A stretch of DNA of 63,602 bases, filler included, from Candidatus Tectimicrobiota bacterium (GTDB lineage: Bacteria > JACPSX01), in the NCBI GenBank assembly GCA_016193065.1. It is 8 parts of 8 records of this genome, joined end to end, with 100 filler letters (N's around TTAATTAATTAA, not from the genome) between each part and the next. Parts side by side here need not be neighbours in the genome. Positions count along the whole stretch, not along the records: positions 31,986 to 48,116 come from JACPSX010000138.1; positions 48,217 to 53,482 come from JACPSX010000165.1; 6 more parts are not named here. One strand, 5' to 3'. The notes below the pieces were generated by a model, which worked only from the letters and a program-made list of their open reading frames with translations, made no database searches and was not told where the DNA came from. Positions 37,471 to 48,404 of the stretch are shown piece by piece. Position 1 is the stretch's first letter. Every line of letters starts with the position of its first letter. A program made the translations under genes and the position numbers.

Positions 37471-38331
37471 ATGGAAGTCATCGGGGTCATCGCCAAGCCC
37501 TCCCGGGAAAACACCCGAAATGTTCTTGAGACCCTGCTCCCCTGGCTACGCCAGCGAACCCGCACGATTCTCATGGACAAGGATACGGCTGCCACGGTTC
37601 AGGAAGCCTCCCCCTTGAGCCGATCCGAGGTGGCGCAGGAAGCTCAGTTGATGCTCGTCCTGGGGGGAGACGGCACTTTTCTCAGTGTGGCCCGCGTGAT
37701 TGGTGAGCGGGGAACTCCAATCCTTGGCGTGAACTTGGGGAGCCTCGGCTTTCTCACCGAGATTACGCTGGAGGACCTATATCCCACACTGGAGAAAGTC
37801 CTGGCCGGCGACTACCGCGTGGAGGAGCGCCTGATGCTGAGCGCTGTCCTCAGCGGCAGGGACCTGGATGCGACCCATCGGCTTGCCCTGAATGATGTGG
37901 TCATTAACAAGGGAGCCCTGGCCCGCATCATCCACCTAGAGACCCATATTAATCAACAATTCGTGACCACCTTCCGAGCCGATGGCCTCATCGTTGCCAC
38001 TCCCACGGGATCAACGGCCTACTCCCTGGCAGCAGGGGGACCCATCGTCTATCCGACTATGGACGCCCTGGTCCTGAGCCCCATCTGTCCACACACTGTG
38101 ACGAACCGCCCCCTGGTTCTCCCGGGAGACTGTGTTGTGGAGATTACCTTAAAAACCCCCAGCGAGAACGTGATGGTGACCCTGGATGGCCAGGTGGGCT
38201 TCCCCATCCAGCATGAGGACACCCTGAAGGTACAGAGGGCTCAAAGCCGGATCCGCGTTGTGCAGCCGTACCGTAAGAACTACTTTGGGATCTTGCGCAC
38301 CAAATTGAAGTGGGGTGAGGGTCCGCCGTAG
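37471..38331 (+). CDS. nadK: NAD kinase
   Basis: GGDGTFL, NLGSLGFL, LNDVV and DGLIVATPTGSTAYSLAAGGP; precedes recN. Confidence 0.96.
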   Translation: MEVIGVIAKPSRENTRNVLETLLPWLRQRTRTILMDKDTAATVQEASPLSRSEVAQEAQLMLVLGGDGTFLSVARVIGERGTPILGVNLGSLGFLTEITLEDLYPTLEKVLAGDYRVEERLMLSAVLSGRDLDATHRLALNDVVINKGALARIIHLETHINQQFVTTFRADGLIVATPTGSTAYSLAAGGPIVYPTMDALVLSPICPHTVTNRPLVLPGDCVVEITLKTPSENVMVTLDGQVGFPIQHEDTLKVQRAQSRIRVVQPYRKNYFGILRTKLKWGEGPP

Positions 38332-38352
38332 TTTTCCCAGACAAGGTGTAGG

Positions 38353-40062
38353 ATGCTCCGGGAACTGCGCATTTCAAACTTTGCGACCATCGAGGACCTG
38401 GCTATGGAGTTCGGGCCGGGCCTGAACATCTTTACGGGGGAAACCGGGGCCGGAAAGTCCATTCTCATCGAAGCCCTGCAGCTTCTCCTCGGGCAGCGGG
38501 CTTCGACCACCTACATCCGCGATGGAGCCAGGCCCACCACTATTGAAGCCCTCTTTGAAGTTTCCGCCCCATCCCACCTGGGCGCCCAACTGCGGGATCT
38601 GGACATGGAGGGAAGCAGAGACGGAACGTTGGTGATCCGCAGAATCCTCTCTCCCGATGGCCGCAGCAAGGCCTACTGCAACGAGCACCTGACCACGCTG
38701 AGCACACTTCAGGCTCTGGGAAACTCGCTCGTGGAGATCCACGGACAGCACGAGCATCAGACCCTTCTCCATACAGACCAGCAGCGCGCCGTCCTGGACG
38801 AATACGGCGGGCTCCAGACCCTGCGCCAGCAATGGGCTTCCACCTTGGACCGCTACCACGAGATTTCCCGGCGCTGGCAGGACCTGGTAAACAGCGAGCG
38901 CCAGCGCGCCCAACGCTTGGACCTTTTGCGCTTCCAGAGCCAGGAGATCGACGGAGCAAACCTTCAGTCCGGGGAAGAGGAGGAACTGCGGGGCGAGCGC
39001 CAGATCCTGCAGCATGCCCAGAAATTAGCCGAAGGGACCCGCACGATGTACATGGACCTCTACGAGGCGGAGGATTCTCTTCTGTCCCGGCTGCGCCGGG
39101 TTGCCGGGTCTCTCGGGGATATGGCCCGATTGGACCCCACTCTTTCTCCGACCCACCAGGAATGCGAGGCGGCCCTTTATCAGATCGAGGAAGTGTCGCG
39201 GGCCTTGGGCCGCTACGGGGATCGGATCCGCCACGATCCGCACCGCCTCCAGGCCGTGGAAGACCGGCTGGCTCTCATCTCGGATCTGAAGCGTAAATAC
39301 GGAACCAGTATTCCCGAGATCCTCCAGTATCGGCAATCGATCCAAGAGGAACTCTTAGACTTGGAGAAAAGCGGGGAGGAGAGCGAAGCGCTACTCCGGG
39401 AGATCAACCTGCTGAAGGCTCAACTACGCGAGCAAGCGGCCGCTTTGTCCGGCCGGCGCCGGGAAAGTGCCCGCCAGATAGAGATGGACATTGTTCGGGA
39501 GTTGGGAGAGCTGTGTATGGAGAAGGCGCAATTTCAGGTGCAAGTGACGGTTCTGCCCGCCGCAGACAGCCCCGTGACCTACGAAGGCCAACCCGTGCGG
39601 GCCACCCCCGGCGGGATCAACCATGTGGAATTCTTCTTTTCCGCCAACCCGGGGGAAGATCCAAAACCCCTAGCCAAGATTGCCTCGGGAGGGGAACTCT
39701 CCCGGGTCATGCTGGCTCTGAAAAATACCCTGGCCCGCGTGGATCGGACACCGGTTCTCATCTTTGACGAGGTGGACGCCGGGATCAGCGGCCGGGTGGC
39801 CGAGAGCGTCGGGCGCAAGCTGAAGAGGGTGGCGGCTCACTCCCAGGTCTTCTGCATCACCCACCTGGCGCAAATTGCCAGTCAGGCCGACACCCATTTT
39901 CTGGTCATCAAGGAAACCCGCAAGGGGAGAAGCCTCACCCGGGTTCAATCCCTCACTTTGGAAGAACGAGTTGAAGAGATTGCCCGCATGTCCGGCGGCA
40001 AGAAGATCAGCGAAGCCACCCGCGAACACGCCCGCCAGATGCTGCGGGCCGGCTCCAAGTAG
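38353..40062 (+). CDS. recN: DNA repair protein RecN
   Basis: TGETGAGKS, HGQHEHQ, ASGGELSR, FDEVDAGISG and ITHLAQIA. Confidence 0.97.
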   Translation: MLRELRISNFATIEDLAMEFGPGLNIFTGETGAGKSILIEALQLLLGQRASTTYIRDGARPTTIEALFEVSAPSHLGAQLRDLDMEGSRDGTLVIRRILSPDGRSKAYCNEHLTTLSTLQALGNSLVEIHGQHEHQTLLHTDQQRAVLDEYGGLQTLRQQWASTLDRYHEISRRWQDLVNSERQRAQRLDLLRFQSQEIDGANLQSGEEEELRGERQILQHAQKLAEGTRTMYMDLYEAEDSLLSRLRRVAGSLGDMARLDPTLSPTHQECEAALYQIEEVSRALGRYGDRIRHDPHRLQAVEDRLALISDLKRKYGTSIPEILQYRQSIQEELLDLEKSGEESEALLREINLLKAQLREQAAALSGRRRESARQIEMDIVRELGELCMEKAQFQVQVTVLPAADSPVTYEGQPVRATPGGINHVEFFFSANPGEDPKPLAKIASGGELSRVMLALKNTLARVDRTPVLIFDEVDAGISGRVAESVGRKLKRVAAHSQVFCITHLAQIASQADTHFLVIKETRKGRSLTRVQSLTLEERVEEIARMSGGKKISEATREHARQMLRAGSK

Positions 40063-40064
40063 CA

Positions 40065-40110
40065 CACCCAGAGCGGGTACCCGCTTTGCGCACCCAAGAC
40101 GGGTACCCGG
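40065..40110. repeat. Cluster of GGGTACCC palindromic elements between convergent recN and trpB2
   Basis: CACCCAGAGCGGGTACCCGCTTTGCG-CACCCAAGACGGGTACCCGG. Confidence 0.8.
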
Positions 40111-40126
40111 GTTTTTCAGCAGCTTG

Positions 40127-41500
40127 TCAGGAGACTTTGGGCAGGGACGCCAAATCCTTCAAAGCCCGGTCGATGGATTCCTGGGGAAGCTCGTAATCCT
40201 CCAGCTTCCCCGACAGGTACGCATCGTAAGCCCCCATGTCAAAGTGGCCGTGGCCGCTCAAGTTGAACAGGATCGTTTGGGCCTTCCCTTCCAGGCGGCA
40301 GCGCTCCGCTTCGTCAATGACCGCCCGGATCGCGTGGGCGCTCTCAGGAGCGGGGAGGATAGCCTCGGAGCGGGCAAAGGTGATTGCCGCCTCGAAAACC
40401 GGGTTCTGCAGGTAAGCCCGAGCCTCCACCAGCCCTTCCTTGACCAGTAAACAAACCAGGGGGCTGTCCCCATGATATCTGAGCCCCCCTGCATGAATCC
40501 CCGCTGGAACAAACTTGTGCCCCAGCGTGTACATGGCTACCAGGGGAGTTACCCCCACCGTGTCCCCGAAATCGTACGTATAGACCCCTCGGGTCAGCGT
40601 CGGGCAGGCGGCCGGCTCCACGGCAATGGCCCGCAGTTGCTTGCCGTGAATTTTATCAGCCAGGAAGGGGAAGGACAGGCCGGCGAAATTGCTCCCCCCT
40701 CCGCAGCAGCCGATGACAATGTCGGGAGTCTCCCCCACGGCGGCAAGCTGTTTCTTGGCTTCCAAACCGATGACCGTCTGGTGGAGAAGCACGTGGTTGA
40801 GAACGCTCCCTAGCGAATAGTGCGTGTCGTCCCGCGTGGCCGCATCCTCAACCGCCTCACTGATGGCGATCCCCAGGCTGCCGGGAGAGTTGGGGTCCTC
40901 CGCCAGGATCTTTCGCCCCCCCTGAGTATCAGAACTTGGACTGGCAACCACCTTAGCCCCCCAAGTTTCCATCATGGAACGGCGATAGGGTTTCTGATGA
41001 TAGCTCACCTTCACCATGTAAACCTTGCACTCCAGCCCGAAGAAATTGCAGGCAAGGGCCAAGGCGCTGCCCCACTGGCCGGCTCCGGTTTCGGTACTGA
41101 GCCGCTTCACACCTTCCTTCTTATTGAAATAGGCTTGGGCAATGGCCGTGTTGGGCTTGTGGCTTCCGGCAGGGCTCACTCCCTCGTATTTGTAGTAGAT
41201 CCGTGCCGGTGTTTTCAGCACTTCCTCCAGGCGCCGGGCCCGGTACAGAGGAGAAGGGCGCCAGAGGGTATAAATTTTGAGCACCTCTTCGGGGATATCG
41301 ATCCAGCGTTCCTGGCTCACTTCCTGCAAGATCAATCCCATGGGGAAGAGCGGCGCCAGGTCATCCGGGCCGATGGGCTTCCCGGTGCCGGGATGAAGCG
41401 GGGGAGGAAGGGGACAGGGAAGATCCGCCGCAATGTTGTACCACTGCCGGGGAATCTCCTTTTCCTCGAGGAAAATTTTGGTGCTGGACGAATCTGCCAC
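40127..41500 (-). CDS. trpB2: Stand-alone tryptophan synthase beta chain 2 (TrpB-like PLP enzyme)
   Basis: [43 protein letters not shown] and NLSGHG. Confidence 0.94.
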   Translation of the reverse strand: MADSSSTKIFLEEKEIPRQWYNIAADLPCPLPPPLHPGTGKPIGPDDLAPLFPMGLILQEVSQERWIDIPEEVLKIYTLWRPSPLYRARRLEEVLKTPARIYYKYEGVSPAGSHKPNTAIAQAYFNKKEGVKRLSTETGAGQWGSALALACNFFGLECKVYMVKVSYHQKPYRRSMMETWGAKVVASPSSDTQGGRKILAEDPNSPGSLGIAISEAVEDAATRDDTHYSLGSVLNHVLLHQTVIGLEAKKQLAAVGETPDIVIGCCGGGSNFAGLSFPFLADKIHGKQLRAIAVEPAACPTLTRGVYTYDFGDTVGVTPLVAMYTLGHKFVPAGIHAGGLRYHGDSPLVCLLVKEGLVEARAYLQNPVFEAAITFARSEAILPAPESAHAIRAVIDEAERCRLEGKAQTILFNLSGHGHFDMGAYDAYLSGKLEDYELPQESIDRALKDLASLPKVS

Positions 41501-41598
41501 GGGAAATCTCCTTTCTTGTCAAGAGGGAGTATGGCAGCGAATGCCAGTGATCCAACAGCGCGGTTATCAACCGGTCTTTGCAGCCGGACAGGGTCTCT

Positions 41599-43110
41599 TC
41601 AGCGGAACAGAAGAGACTTGATGACCACCGGCACCACCCCCACGTTTTCGATCTCCCGACCGATGTCGATATAGTCGAAATCCCGCAGTTCCACCTGATC
41701 AATGGAGACCACGTGGGAATCAGGAGCAAACTCATGGACCAGCAGGCTGCCCACCAGCCCTCCCACATCCGAGTCAAACACCATGATGACAGGGAACTGG
41801 CGGTGGAAGCTCTTGGACAACCCCTGGGCAATCCCGGCGGCCAAAGGCCGGATGAGACTGTAGTCGGGCCCGTGATCCCAGTGGATGGCCAGGGCAACCG
41901 GTTTCTCTCCATCCACCAGGTCAAAGCGTCGCAGGGATCTTTCCACGGCCAGGGAGACTTCTTCCGTGGTCAACGCATCTCCATCCAGATCCAGAGAAAC
42001 CACCTGGACATTGTGCATGGGGAGAAGGTGCGGGTGGGTGAGAAAAATCGTGTTGCCGCTCACCTGGATAGTGAATTGGGAGGCGCCGATGACGGTGGCC
42101 CGGATTCTCTCTTTGGGTTCCTCGAGAACCCAGTGGGACCGGCGCTCCAGGTGTTCACGGATGGAGCGGGAGAGGTGACGGCCCAGATCCCCAAAGTCGC
42201 GGGTCTCGTAACCGTAAATGTACTCGGAGACCCCGCCCGAGAAGGTGATGATCTCCGCTTCCCGGTTCCGCTGCGGGGGAGGAGTGATCATCAAGAACTC
42301 CAGATTCCCGGTGAAGGGCTTACCCTCCAGGTACTGAAACAGAAGATCAGCCTGAGCCCGGGCAAAGATCTCCTTCTGGCTCTCGTCAAGCTGCTGGTCC
42401 AGATCCAGATTCAGGCCCACGCTGGCGGCAATGGCCTTTCCCGCCTCCTCCAGCCGGACAATGCGGTTCGTGTTATCCACGGCGACCAGCCGCGCGCCCA
42501 GATTCACCGCGCAGGTCTCCACGATTTCCCCGTGGCGGGCAATGGCCACCTTGGTAGTCCCCCCTCCCACGTCCACATTCATGACCGCCTGGCTTATGCC
42601 GCCCCGGGGCCGGGAACGCTCCACGGCGCCCGCCCCGTAAGTCGACAGTACAGCCTCCAGGTTGGGTCCCGCGGTGGCACAGACGAATTTTCCGGCCTCC
42701 TTGGCAAACAGGCTGGCAATCGCCTCGGCGTTTTCCTTGCGGACGGCCTCCCCGGTGACGATCAGGGCGCCGGTGTCGATCTGGCCCGGTTCCAGATTTC
42801 CCGACCGGTACGCTTCGTTGATATAGCGCCCCAGATGTTCCGTGTCGATCGTGGTCGTAAAGCGCCCCAAATAGGGGGTCAGGAACACGGGAGACTGGTG
42901 GCTCACTTCCCGCTTGATGATCACGTAGCGGCTGGACAGGGCCAAGCCTTGGCGTCGCAACACGATATCCGAGAACGTGAGGTGAGAGGTGGTGGAGCCG
43001 ATATCGATCCCGACGCTCTTGAGCTCGATCCACTCCGGCGTGTTGCGGGACATGAGATCGAGGAGTTCACCGTCCTCGTCGTGATCGTGGCCGACAGGTC
43101 CCCAATGCAT
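41599..43110 (-). CDS. EutA-like reactivating-factor ATPase (ASKHA fold)
   Basis: SVGIDIGSTTSHL, GALIVTGE, FVCATAGPNLE, NVDVGGGTT, FSGGV, IRATVIGA and VPVVIKSLLF. Confidence 0.87.
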   Translation of the reverse strand: MHWGPVGHDHDEDGELLDLMSRNTPEWIELKSVGIDIGSTTSHLTFSDIVLRRQGLALSSRYVIIKREVSHQSPVFLTPYLGRFTTTIDTEHLGRYINEAYRSGNLEPGQIDTGALIVTGEAVRKENAEAIASLFAKEAGKFVCATAGPNLEAVLSTYGAGAVERSRPRGGISQAVMNVDVGGGTTKVAIARHGEIVETCAVNLGARLVAVDNTNRIVRLEEAGKAIAASVGLNLDLDQQLDESQKEIFARAQADLLFQYLEGKPFTGNLEFLMITPPPQRNREAEIITFSGGVSEYIYGYETRDFGDLGRHLSRSIREHLERRSHWVLEEPKERIRATVIGASQFTIQVSGNTIFLTHPHLLPMHNVQVVSLDLDGDALTTEEVSLAVERSLRRFDLVDGEKPVALAIHWDHGPDYSLIRPLAAGIAQGLSKSFHRQFPVIMVFDSDVGGLVGSLLVHEFAPDSHVVSIDQVELRDFDYIDIGREIENVGVVPVVIKSLLFR

Positions 43111-43120
43111 GGCGATCTCC

Positions 43121-44049
43121 TTACTTGTGATCCTTCGGGGACCAGGTCACCTGGAAACCGTTTTTCGCGCACTCGCTCTTAAAGAGGGCGTAAACGTCTT
43201 CGTCCTCATCCTCATACTCGATCTGGTCGCCGCCGAGTTTCACGCTCTTGGCGAGCTTCTCTTCCTCGGGCGCCGTACAGAACTTGCGGCTCCCCCAGCG
43301 CAAGGCCAGGTAGCGGGCCGGCTCCTTGCCCGTGTTGAAGTGCTGGTGCCACCAGCGATCCGGAGGAACCACCATGCTTCCCGCGTCCCAATCGAATTTC
43401 TCTTTCTTGCTCCCCTCGGGCCACAGCAGGGAATAGCCGTGGCCGTTGAGAATGATCACGTGGGCCCCGGGTCCGTGGCGGTGCCCCTTCTTGTAAGTGC
43501 CCACGGGAAATTCCGAGATATGGGCGCACATGGTATTGTTGGCAATCTCGAACATGACGTTGGTGCCGCCCGCGCCCCGCTCCTTCCACTCCAGAAGCTT
43601 GAAGTTGTAAACGTCGGCAACAAAATTTGTGTCCCAAACGCGACCCGGGTACGACTGGCCTTTTCCGGAGAAGAAGTCGTCCTCCCCGCTGTAGCGGTCG
43701 GTGAAGACGAAGTCGTTCTGGAAGATGAAATCGTAGTTGTGGAACATGTTCAGGATCAGGGGCATGTTCGTGCAGCACAGGAAGCGGGCCGGTTTATCCC
43801 CGGAACCGTTGAAGTGCTGGTACCAGGTGTTTAGAGGAGGAGAAAAGAGGCTCCCCTCCTGCCACTCGAAGGTCTGCTTTTTGCCCCCCTCTTTCCACAC
43901 GGAGGTGGCGCCCAGGGTTTCAAAGGGATGTTCTTCATATCCCGGACCCCAAAGCCCGAAATGCTGTCGATCCCCTCCTCCTTGATAAACTTCTGATAGG
44001 AAGTGAGCCCCCCCAGCATGGGGGTTGATTGGCTGATTGAGGAAACCAC
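43121..44049 (-). pseudogene. Bicupin protein, frameshifted by an internal deletion at about 43910 as assembled
   Basis: N-terminus (SD AAAGGAGG, GTG; SYQKFIKEEGI..LKPW) jumps out of frame to GATSVWKEGG..FEWQ..PPLNTWYQHFN; second cupin HRHGPGAH..WWHQHFN. Confidence 0.78.
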
Positions 44050-44172
44050 GAACTGCCTCCTTTCTGATCCTCTCCTCACTAAGCCGGAAAGGCAGAACAG
44101 TTGCCTTTTTTAGACCTGATTGAGTGTTACGGAGAGGTCCACTTACGGGGAACCTTCGAAAAATCCCGCGCT

Positions 44173-44201
44173 AGTCTATAAATCCAGGGGCGGCATGTCA
44201 A
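44173..44201 (-). promoter_or_regulatory. Putative sigma70 promoter of cupin-eutA
   Basis: TTGACA-17-TAGACT. Confidence 0.55.
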
Positions 44202-44273
44202 GAAGTTTATCCGCCTTTCCCCGCCAGTTTCTGCGGGTCCGCGGAAAGGGGCTGACTTCCCACCCTTCGCTTC

Positions 44274-44294
44274 CGGGTACCCGCCTTGCGGGTG
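44274..44294. repeat. 21-nt GGGTACCC palindromic element (intergenic)
   Basis: Exact CGGGTACCCGCCTTGCGGGTG. Confidence 0.88.
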
Positions 44295-44376
44295 TTCCGC
44301 AGCGACCCCTTCGGGGCGCCCCCGAGGATTCGATAAGGAAAGAAATTCCTCGGTGATAAACTGGGGGCGGACGAGG

Positions 44377-45057
44377 TCAGGGAACGGCGTTGCAGAGCGT
44401 CCACACCCGGCCAATGGCCCGCTCCTCAATGCGGTATTTGGTCAGGGCCTCTTCAATTTCCTGGGGGGTTAAGGCTTGGGGCTGTCCCAGGCTCCAGGCC
44501 AGGTGGAGCCGCTTGGCGTTCTCCTCCAGGATAACCGAGCCTCCCACCATCTCCTCGATCGACCGGCCCACCACTACAGCTCCGTGGTTGCGCAACATCA
44601 GGGCTCGGCAACTGCCCAGGGCCTGCGCCATGCGCTCCGCCTGCTCCGGGAAGACGATTAACTGGGGATCCTCAAAAAAGGGGACCCCCCGGTGGAAGAT
44701 CGCTGCCGCAATATAGACCAGTACGATGCGTTTTCCCGTGGTGGCAAAGGCAGTGGCAAAAGGGGGGTGGAAATGAGCCACAGCCCCCACATCGGGCCTG
44801 GCCCGGTAAACGGCGCTGTGGATGATGACCTCCGCGGGAGGATTCAGGTCGGGGCTTAAGGAGCGGCCGTCCGGAGAGACCTCCACCAGGGACTCCGGCC
44901 GGACCTCACCGCTGGGGATTTCCTTGGGGTTGATCAAGAGCCGCCCGGTACCCGGAACCCTGGCGCTTAAATGTCCGTACGCATCCAGTATCCCCTCCCG
45001 GTAAAGGAAGCGGCAAGCCTTGGCCAGTTTGTCCCTGTGGAGTTCCCGTTCGTCCAT
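44377..45057 (-). CDS. Class II aldolase/adducin family protein
   Basis: GHLSAR, EVIIHSAVYRARPDVGAVAHFHP and LRNHG. Confidence 0.92.
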   Translation of the reverse strand: MDERELHRDKLAKACRFLYREGILDAYGHLSARVPGTGRLLINPKEIPSGEVRPESLVEVSPDGRSLSPDLNPPAEVIIHSAVYRARPDVGAVAHFHPPFATAFATTGKRIVLVYIAAAIFHRGVPFFEDPQLIVFPEQAERMAQALGSCRALMLRNHGAVVVGRSIEEMVGGSVILEENAKRLHLAWSLGQPQALTPQEIEEALTKYRIEERAIGRVWTLCNAVP

Positions 45058-45084
45058 CGTTCTCTCCTATCCCTGCTTTACTCC

Positions 45085-45957
45085 TCAGCTCTGCAGATTC
45101 TTCTTTAGAAAAACCATAGCCCGGGCCCAGGCATCCCGGGCCGCTTCGGGATTATACCGGCTCGGATTGGTCTCGTTGTGGAAAGCGTGCTGGGCCCCCG
45201 GATAAATCTTGATCTCGTAGAGCTTGTTGTACTTTTTCAGAGCCTCCTCCAGCTCCGGAACCTTGGAGGTAATCCCGGTATCCCGTTCACCATAAATTCC
45301 AAGAATCGGCCCCGGCAGGTTGCGGACCAGATCAATGGGGTTTGGGTTGCGGCCGTAGAAGACCACCGTGGCCGCGAGCTCCCGGTTTTGGGTGGAGAAC
45401 AGCAGGGAATTGGCCCCTCCCCAGCAAAATCCGATCACCCCGATCTTCCCGGGTATTACGGTGTCAAGCCCTTTGAGATAGGTGAAGCTCGACTGCAGAT
45501 CCTTTATTAGATCCGTGCTGGTTAGTTTGTTGATTGCCGCAATGGCGTCGTCCGGGTTGGTAAATTTGTCAGTGCCGCCCGCCCGCGAGAGCAGATCCGG
45601 AGCCAGGGCCGCCATCCCCTCTTTGGCAGCCCGGCGGGCCACGTCCCGGATGTGATCGTTGATGCCGCGGTTCTCGTGGATGACGATCAGTCCGCCCCTT
45701 TTTCCGGCCGCCTTCGGACGGCTCAGGTAGCCGTGCATGGTGAAGCCATCGCCGGGGTATTCAACTGCGGACGAAATCAGGTTCGGATCGTCCGGCTCCA
45801 CGACGGCAGCCACCGCCGGGTTAAACCGCAGAGATTCCACCAGAGTCGTGGCAGCTGCCGTACTGCCCAGAAGAATCGCTCCCTTCTGAATGAAACTCCG
45901 GCGGCTAATTGCTCCTTCCCCGTACTGTTCTACCAAGTTCTCAATGCTCCCTTCCAT
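45085..45957 (-). CDS. Dienelactone hydrolase family protein (YghX-like, twin-arginine leader)
   Basis: SRRSFI, VIHENRG, GFCWGG and HAFHNE. Confidence 0.92.
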   Translation of the reverse strand: MEGSIENLVEQYGEGAISRRSFIQKGAILLGSTAAATTLVESLRFNPAVAAVVEPDDPNLISSAVEYPGDGFTMHGYLSRPKAAGKRGGLIVIHENRGINDHIRDVARRAAKEGMAALAPDLLSRAGGTDKFTNPDDAIAAINKLTSTDLIKDLQSSFTYLKGLDTVIPGKIGVIGFCWGGANSLLFSTQNRELAATVVFYGRNPNPIDLVRNLPGPILGIYGERDTGITSKVPELEEALKKYNKLYEIKIYPGAQHAFHNETNPSRYNPEAARDAWARAMVFLKKNLQS

Positions 45958-46270
45958 GTCCCCCTCCTTTTCAGCGACAAAGCCATGAACTGCTTTTCCC
46001 CCAAAAACGAATTCGACTTTCTGCGAATATGAAAATAACTCTCCGGGAGAGCTTCCGGTTCCCGTGACAGTTTTCTATCCACCACTGAGCTGGGCGGGTT
46101 CCGTGGCTCCTGGAGGAATCCACCCCACAGGAGAATTCCCCTCGGCGCCTGCCATGGGACGGTTTCAAAAGCGGGTACCCGCGAAAGTAAGGAAACCCCC
46201 GAACATTGTCAAGGGATTTGAGGCATAATGAGGATCGGTTGAAACGCAATACAGTTCATGGAGTGAAACG

Positions 46271-47257
46271 ATGCCCATCCGAGTTATCATAGATACGGAT
46301 CCCGGAGTGGACGATGCGCTGGCTCTCCTTCTAGGTCTCCTCTCCCCCGAGCTTCAAGTGGAAGCCATCACCACGGTGTGCGGGAACGTCTCGGTCGATA
46401 TGGCCACCCGTAATGTTTTCCGCGTGCTCTCTCTTCTTGCGGAAAAACCGTGGCCACCAGTGGCCCGCGGGGCCGACCGTCCTCTCAAGAACGAACTCAA
46501 GACGGCTGCAGCCGTACACGGGGAAGACGGCCTGGGAAACCTGGAGCGGTACCAGCTCCCGGACAGCTCACCCCGCTATCCGGACCCGGAAATTCTCCCC
46601 GCACCTCAGGGGGCCATCCCCCTGCTCTTCAATCTCCTGGACCGGTTTCCCGGAGAAATCTCACTGATCGCTCTGGGTCCCCTGACCAACCTGGCCCAGG
46701 CCATCCTGCGGGATCCCGGACGCATGCAGCAGGTCGGGGAAATCATCCTAATGGGGGGCGCCATCGGAGTTCCCGGAAACGTCACGCCCGTCGCTGAATT
46801 TAACATCTACACAGACCCCGAGGCAGCCCAGATTGTCTTTCGCAGCGGCCTTCCTCTCACCGTGGTCCCACTGGACGTTACCCGACAGGTGCGCCTGACG
46901 CGGAAGGCGATCCTGGAAGAGATCCAACCTCTGGGGACGCGCATCGGGCAGTTCATTGTGGATTCCACTGCCTATTCCCTGGAGCTTTTTGAGCGCATCG
47001 AAGAGATTCCCGCCATCACCCTCCATGATCCCCTGGCCGTAGGAGTTGCCGTCGACCCGTCTCTGCTGAACCTGAAACCCCTTTTCGTGGACGTGGAGAT
47101 CCAGGGAGAGATGACCCGAGGCATGACGGTGGCGGATCTGCGGCCCATCGCGGCAGACCTGAAAGCAAAACCAAACGCGAGAGTGGCGCGCACCGTCGAC
47201 GGAAAACGGTTCCTGAACCTTTTCCGGGAGCGATTATGTCCGGAGTCCTCGTCCTAG
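46271..47257 (+). CDS. Inosine-uridine preferring nucleoside hydrolase family
   Basis: [29 protein letters not shown] and LHDP. Confidence 0.94.
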   Translation: MPIRVIIDTDPGVDDALALLLGLLSPELQVEAITTVCGNVSVDMATRNVFRVLSLLAEKPWPPVARGADRPLKNELKTAAAVHGEDGLGNLERYQLPDSSPRYPDPEILPAPQGAIPLLFNLLDRFPGEISLIALGPLTNLAQAILRDPGRMQQVGEIILMGGAIGVPGNVTPVAEFNIYTDPEAAQIVFRSGLPLTVVPLDVTRQVRLTRKAILEEIQPLGTRIGQFIVDSTAYSLELFERIEEIPAITLHDPLAVGVAVDPSLLNLKPLFVDVEIQGEMTRGMTVADLRPIAADLKAKPNARVARTVDGKRFLNLFRERLCPESSS

Positions 47258-48116
47258 GAAGCGCCAACGCCGATTTCACCATTCAACTGGAGTGCTTGCC
47301 GGCTCCGGGTGAAACCGTAGCCGGGGGGAAGCTCTCCACCTCCTGTGGGGGAAAAGGGGCCAACCAGGCCGTGGCGGCGGCCCGCGCCGGAGCCCGGGTC
47401 CGCCTCATCACCAAGCTGGGGCGGGACTCCAACGGAGAGCGTCTCGCGGGCCAACTGGCAGCGGCCGGGGTGGAGCCCGACGGGATCCTCTGCGATGAAG
47501 ATCATCCGACCGGTACCGCTTTTATCTTCGTGGACCGGCTTGGCAACAACCAGATCGCAGTGGCTTCCGGAGCCAACCACCACCTAAGCGTGGAAGATCT
47601 GCACAGCCTGAAAGCCCTGTTTGCAGGGATGAAGGTGCTCCTGTGCCAACTGGAAATTCCGCTGGCCACCGTGGCCTGCGGGCTGCAACTGGGAAAAGCC
47701 ATGGGGCTTCAGACTATCCTGAACCCTGCCCCGTTCACCCCTCTTCCCCCGGAGCTGTGGACGCACGCCGACATCATCGTTCCAAACCGTGGGGAAGCGG
47801 CAACACTTCTGGGGATTCTGCTGCCCGACATCGGGCAAGCGGCAGCGGCGGCCCGCTCCCTTCTCCGCCGCGAGGATCAGGAAGCGGTTATTACATTCGG
47901 AGACCAGGGAGCCCTCTGGGTTCACAAGGACGGCGCAACCCACATCCCGCCGTTCCGGGTAACTCCCATCGACACGACGGCGGCCGGCGACGCGTTTTGC
48001 GGGACGCTGGCCGCCCTTCTCGCCGAAGGCAAACCAATGCCGGAAGCCCTGCGCTACGCCTCGGCAGCCGGCGCTCTAGCCACCACGGCACTCGGAGCCC
48101 AGGTCTCCCTCCCCTT
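47236..48116 (+). CDS. rbsK: Ribokinase (last codons truncated)
   Basis: [22 protein letters not shown] and [11 protein letters not shown]; coupled to the nucleoside hydrolase. Confidence 0.88.
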
Positions 48117-48216
48117 NNNNNNNNNNNNNNNNNNNNNNNNNNNNNNNNNNNNNNNNNNNNTTAATTAATTAANNNNNNNNNNNNNNNNNNNNNNNNNNNN
48201 NNNNNNNNNNNNNNNN
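48117..48216. other. Artificial contig linker
   Basis: N/TTAATTAATTAA/N. Confidence 0.99.
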
Positions 48217-48404
48217 CCTCCCATTTCTCGCGCCCAAGCGCAGATGATGTTGCTAACTGGAACACCATATGCGCCAACGGCAACGGCTAGCGAGTCCAAT
48301 AGACAGCGTTTTGCTTCCAGCACCACATTATCGGGATAATCACGCAGATCCCGCGCCATAAACTCAATAGCCGTGTGAGCAAGTTGTTCACTGATAGATC
48401 CCAT
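48217..48404 (-). CDS. MmgE/PrpD family protein, N-terminus (truncated)
   Basis: ISEQLA...PDNVVLEAKRCLLDSLAVAVGA. Confidence 0.8.

Noticed and set aside
45960-46200. Riboswitch or ncRNA in the hydrolase / nucleoside-hydrolase divergent spacer
   Set aside because: GC-rich hairpins are possible but no recognisable family motif
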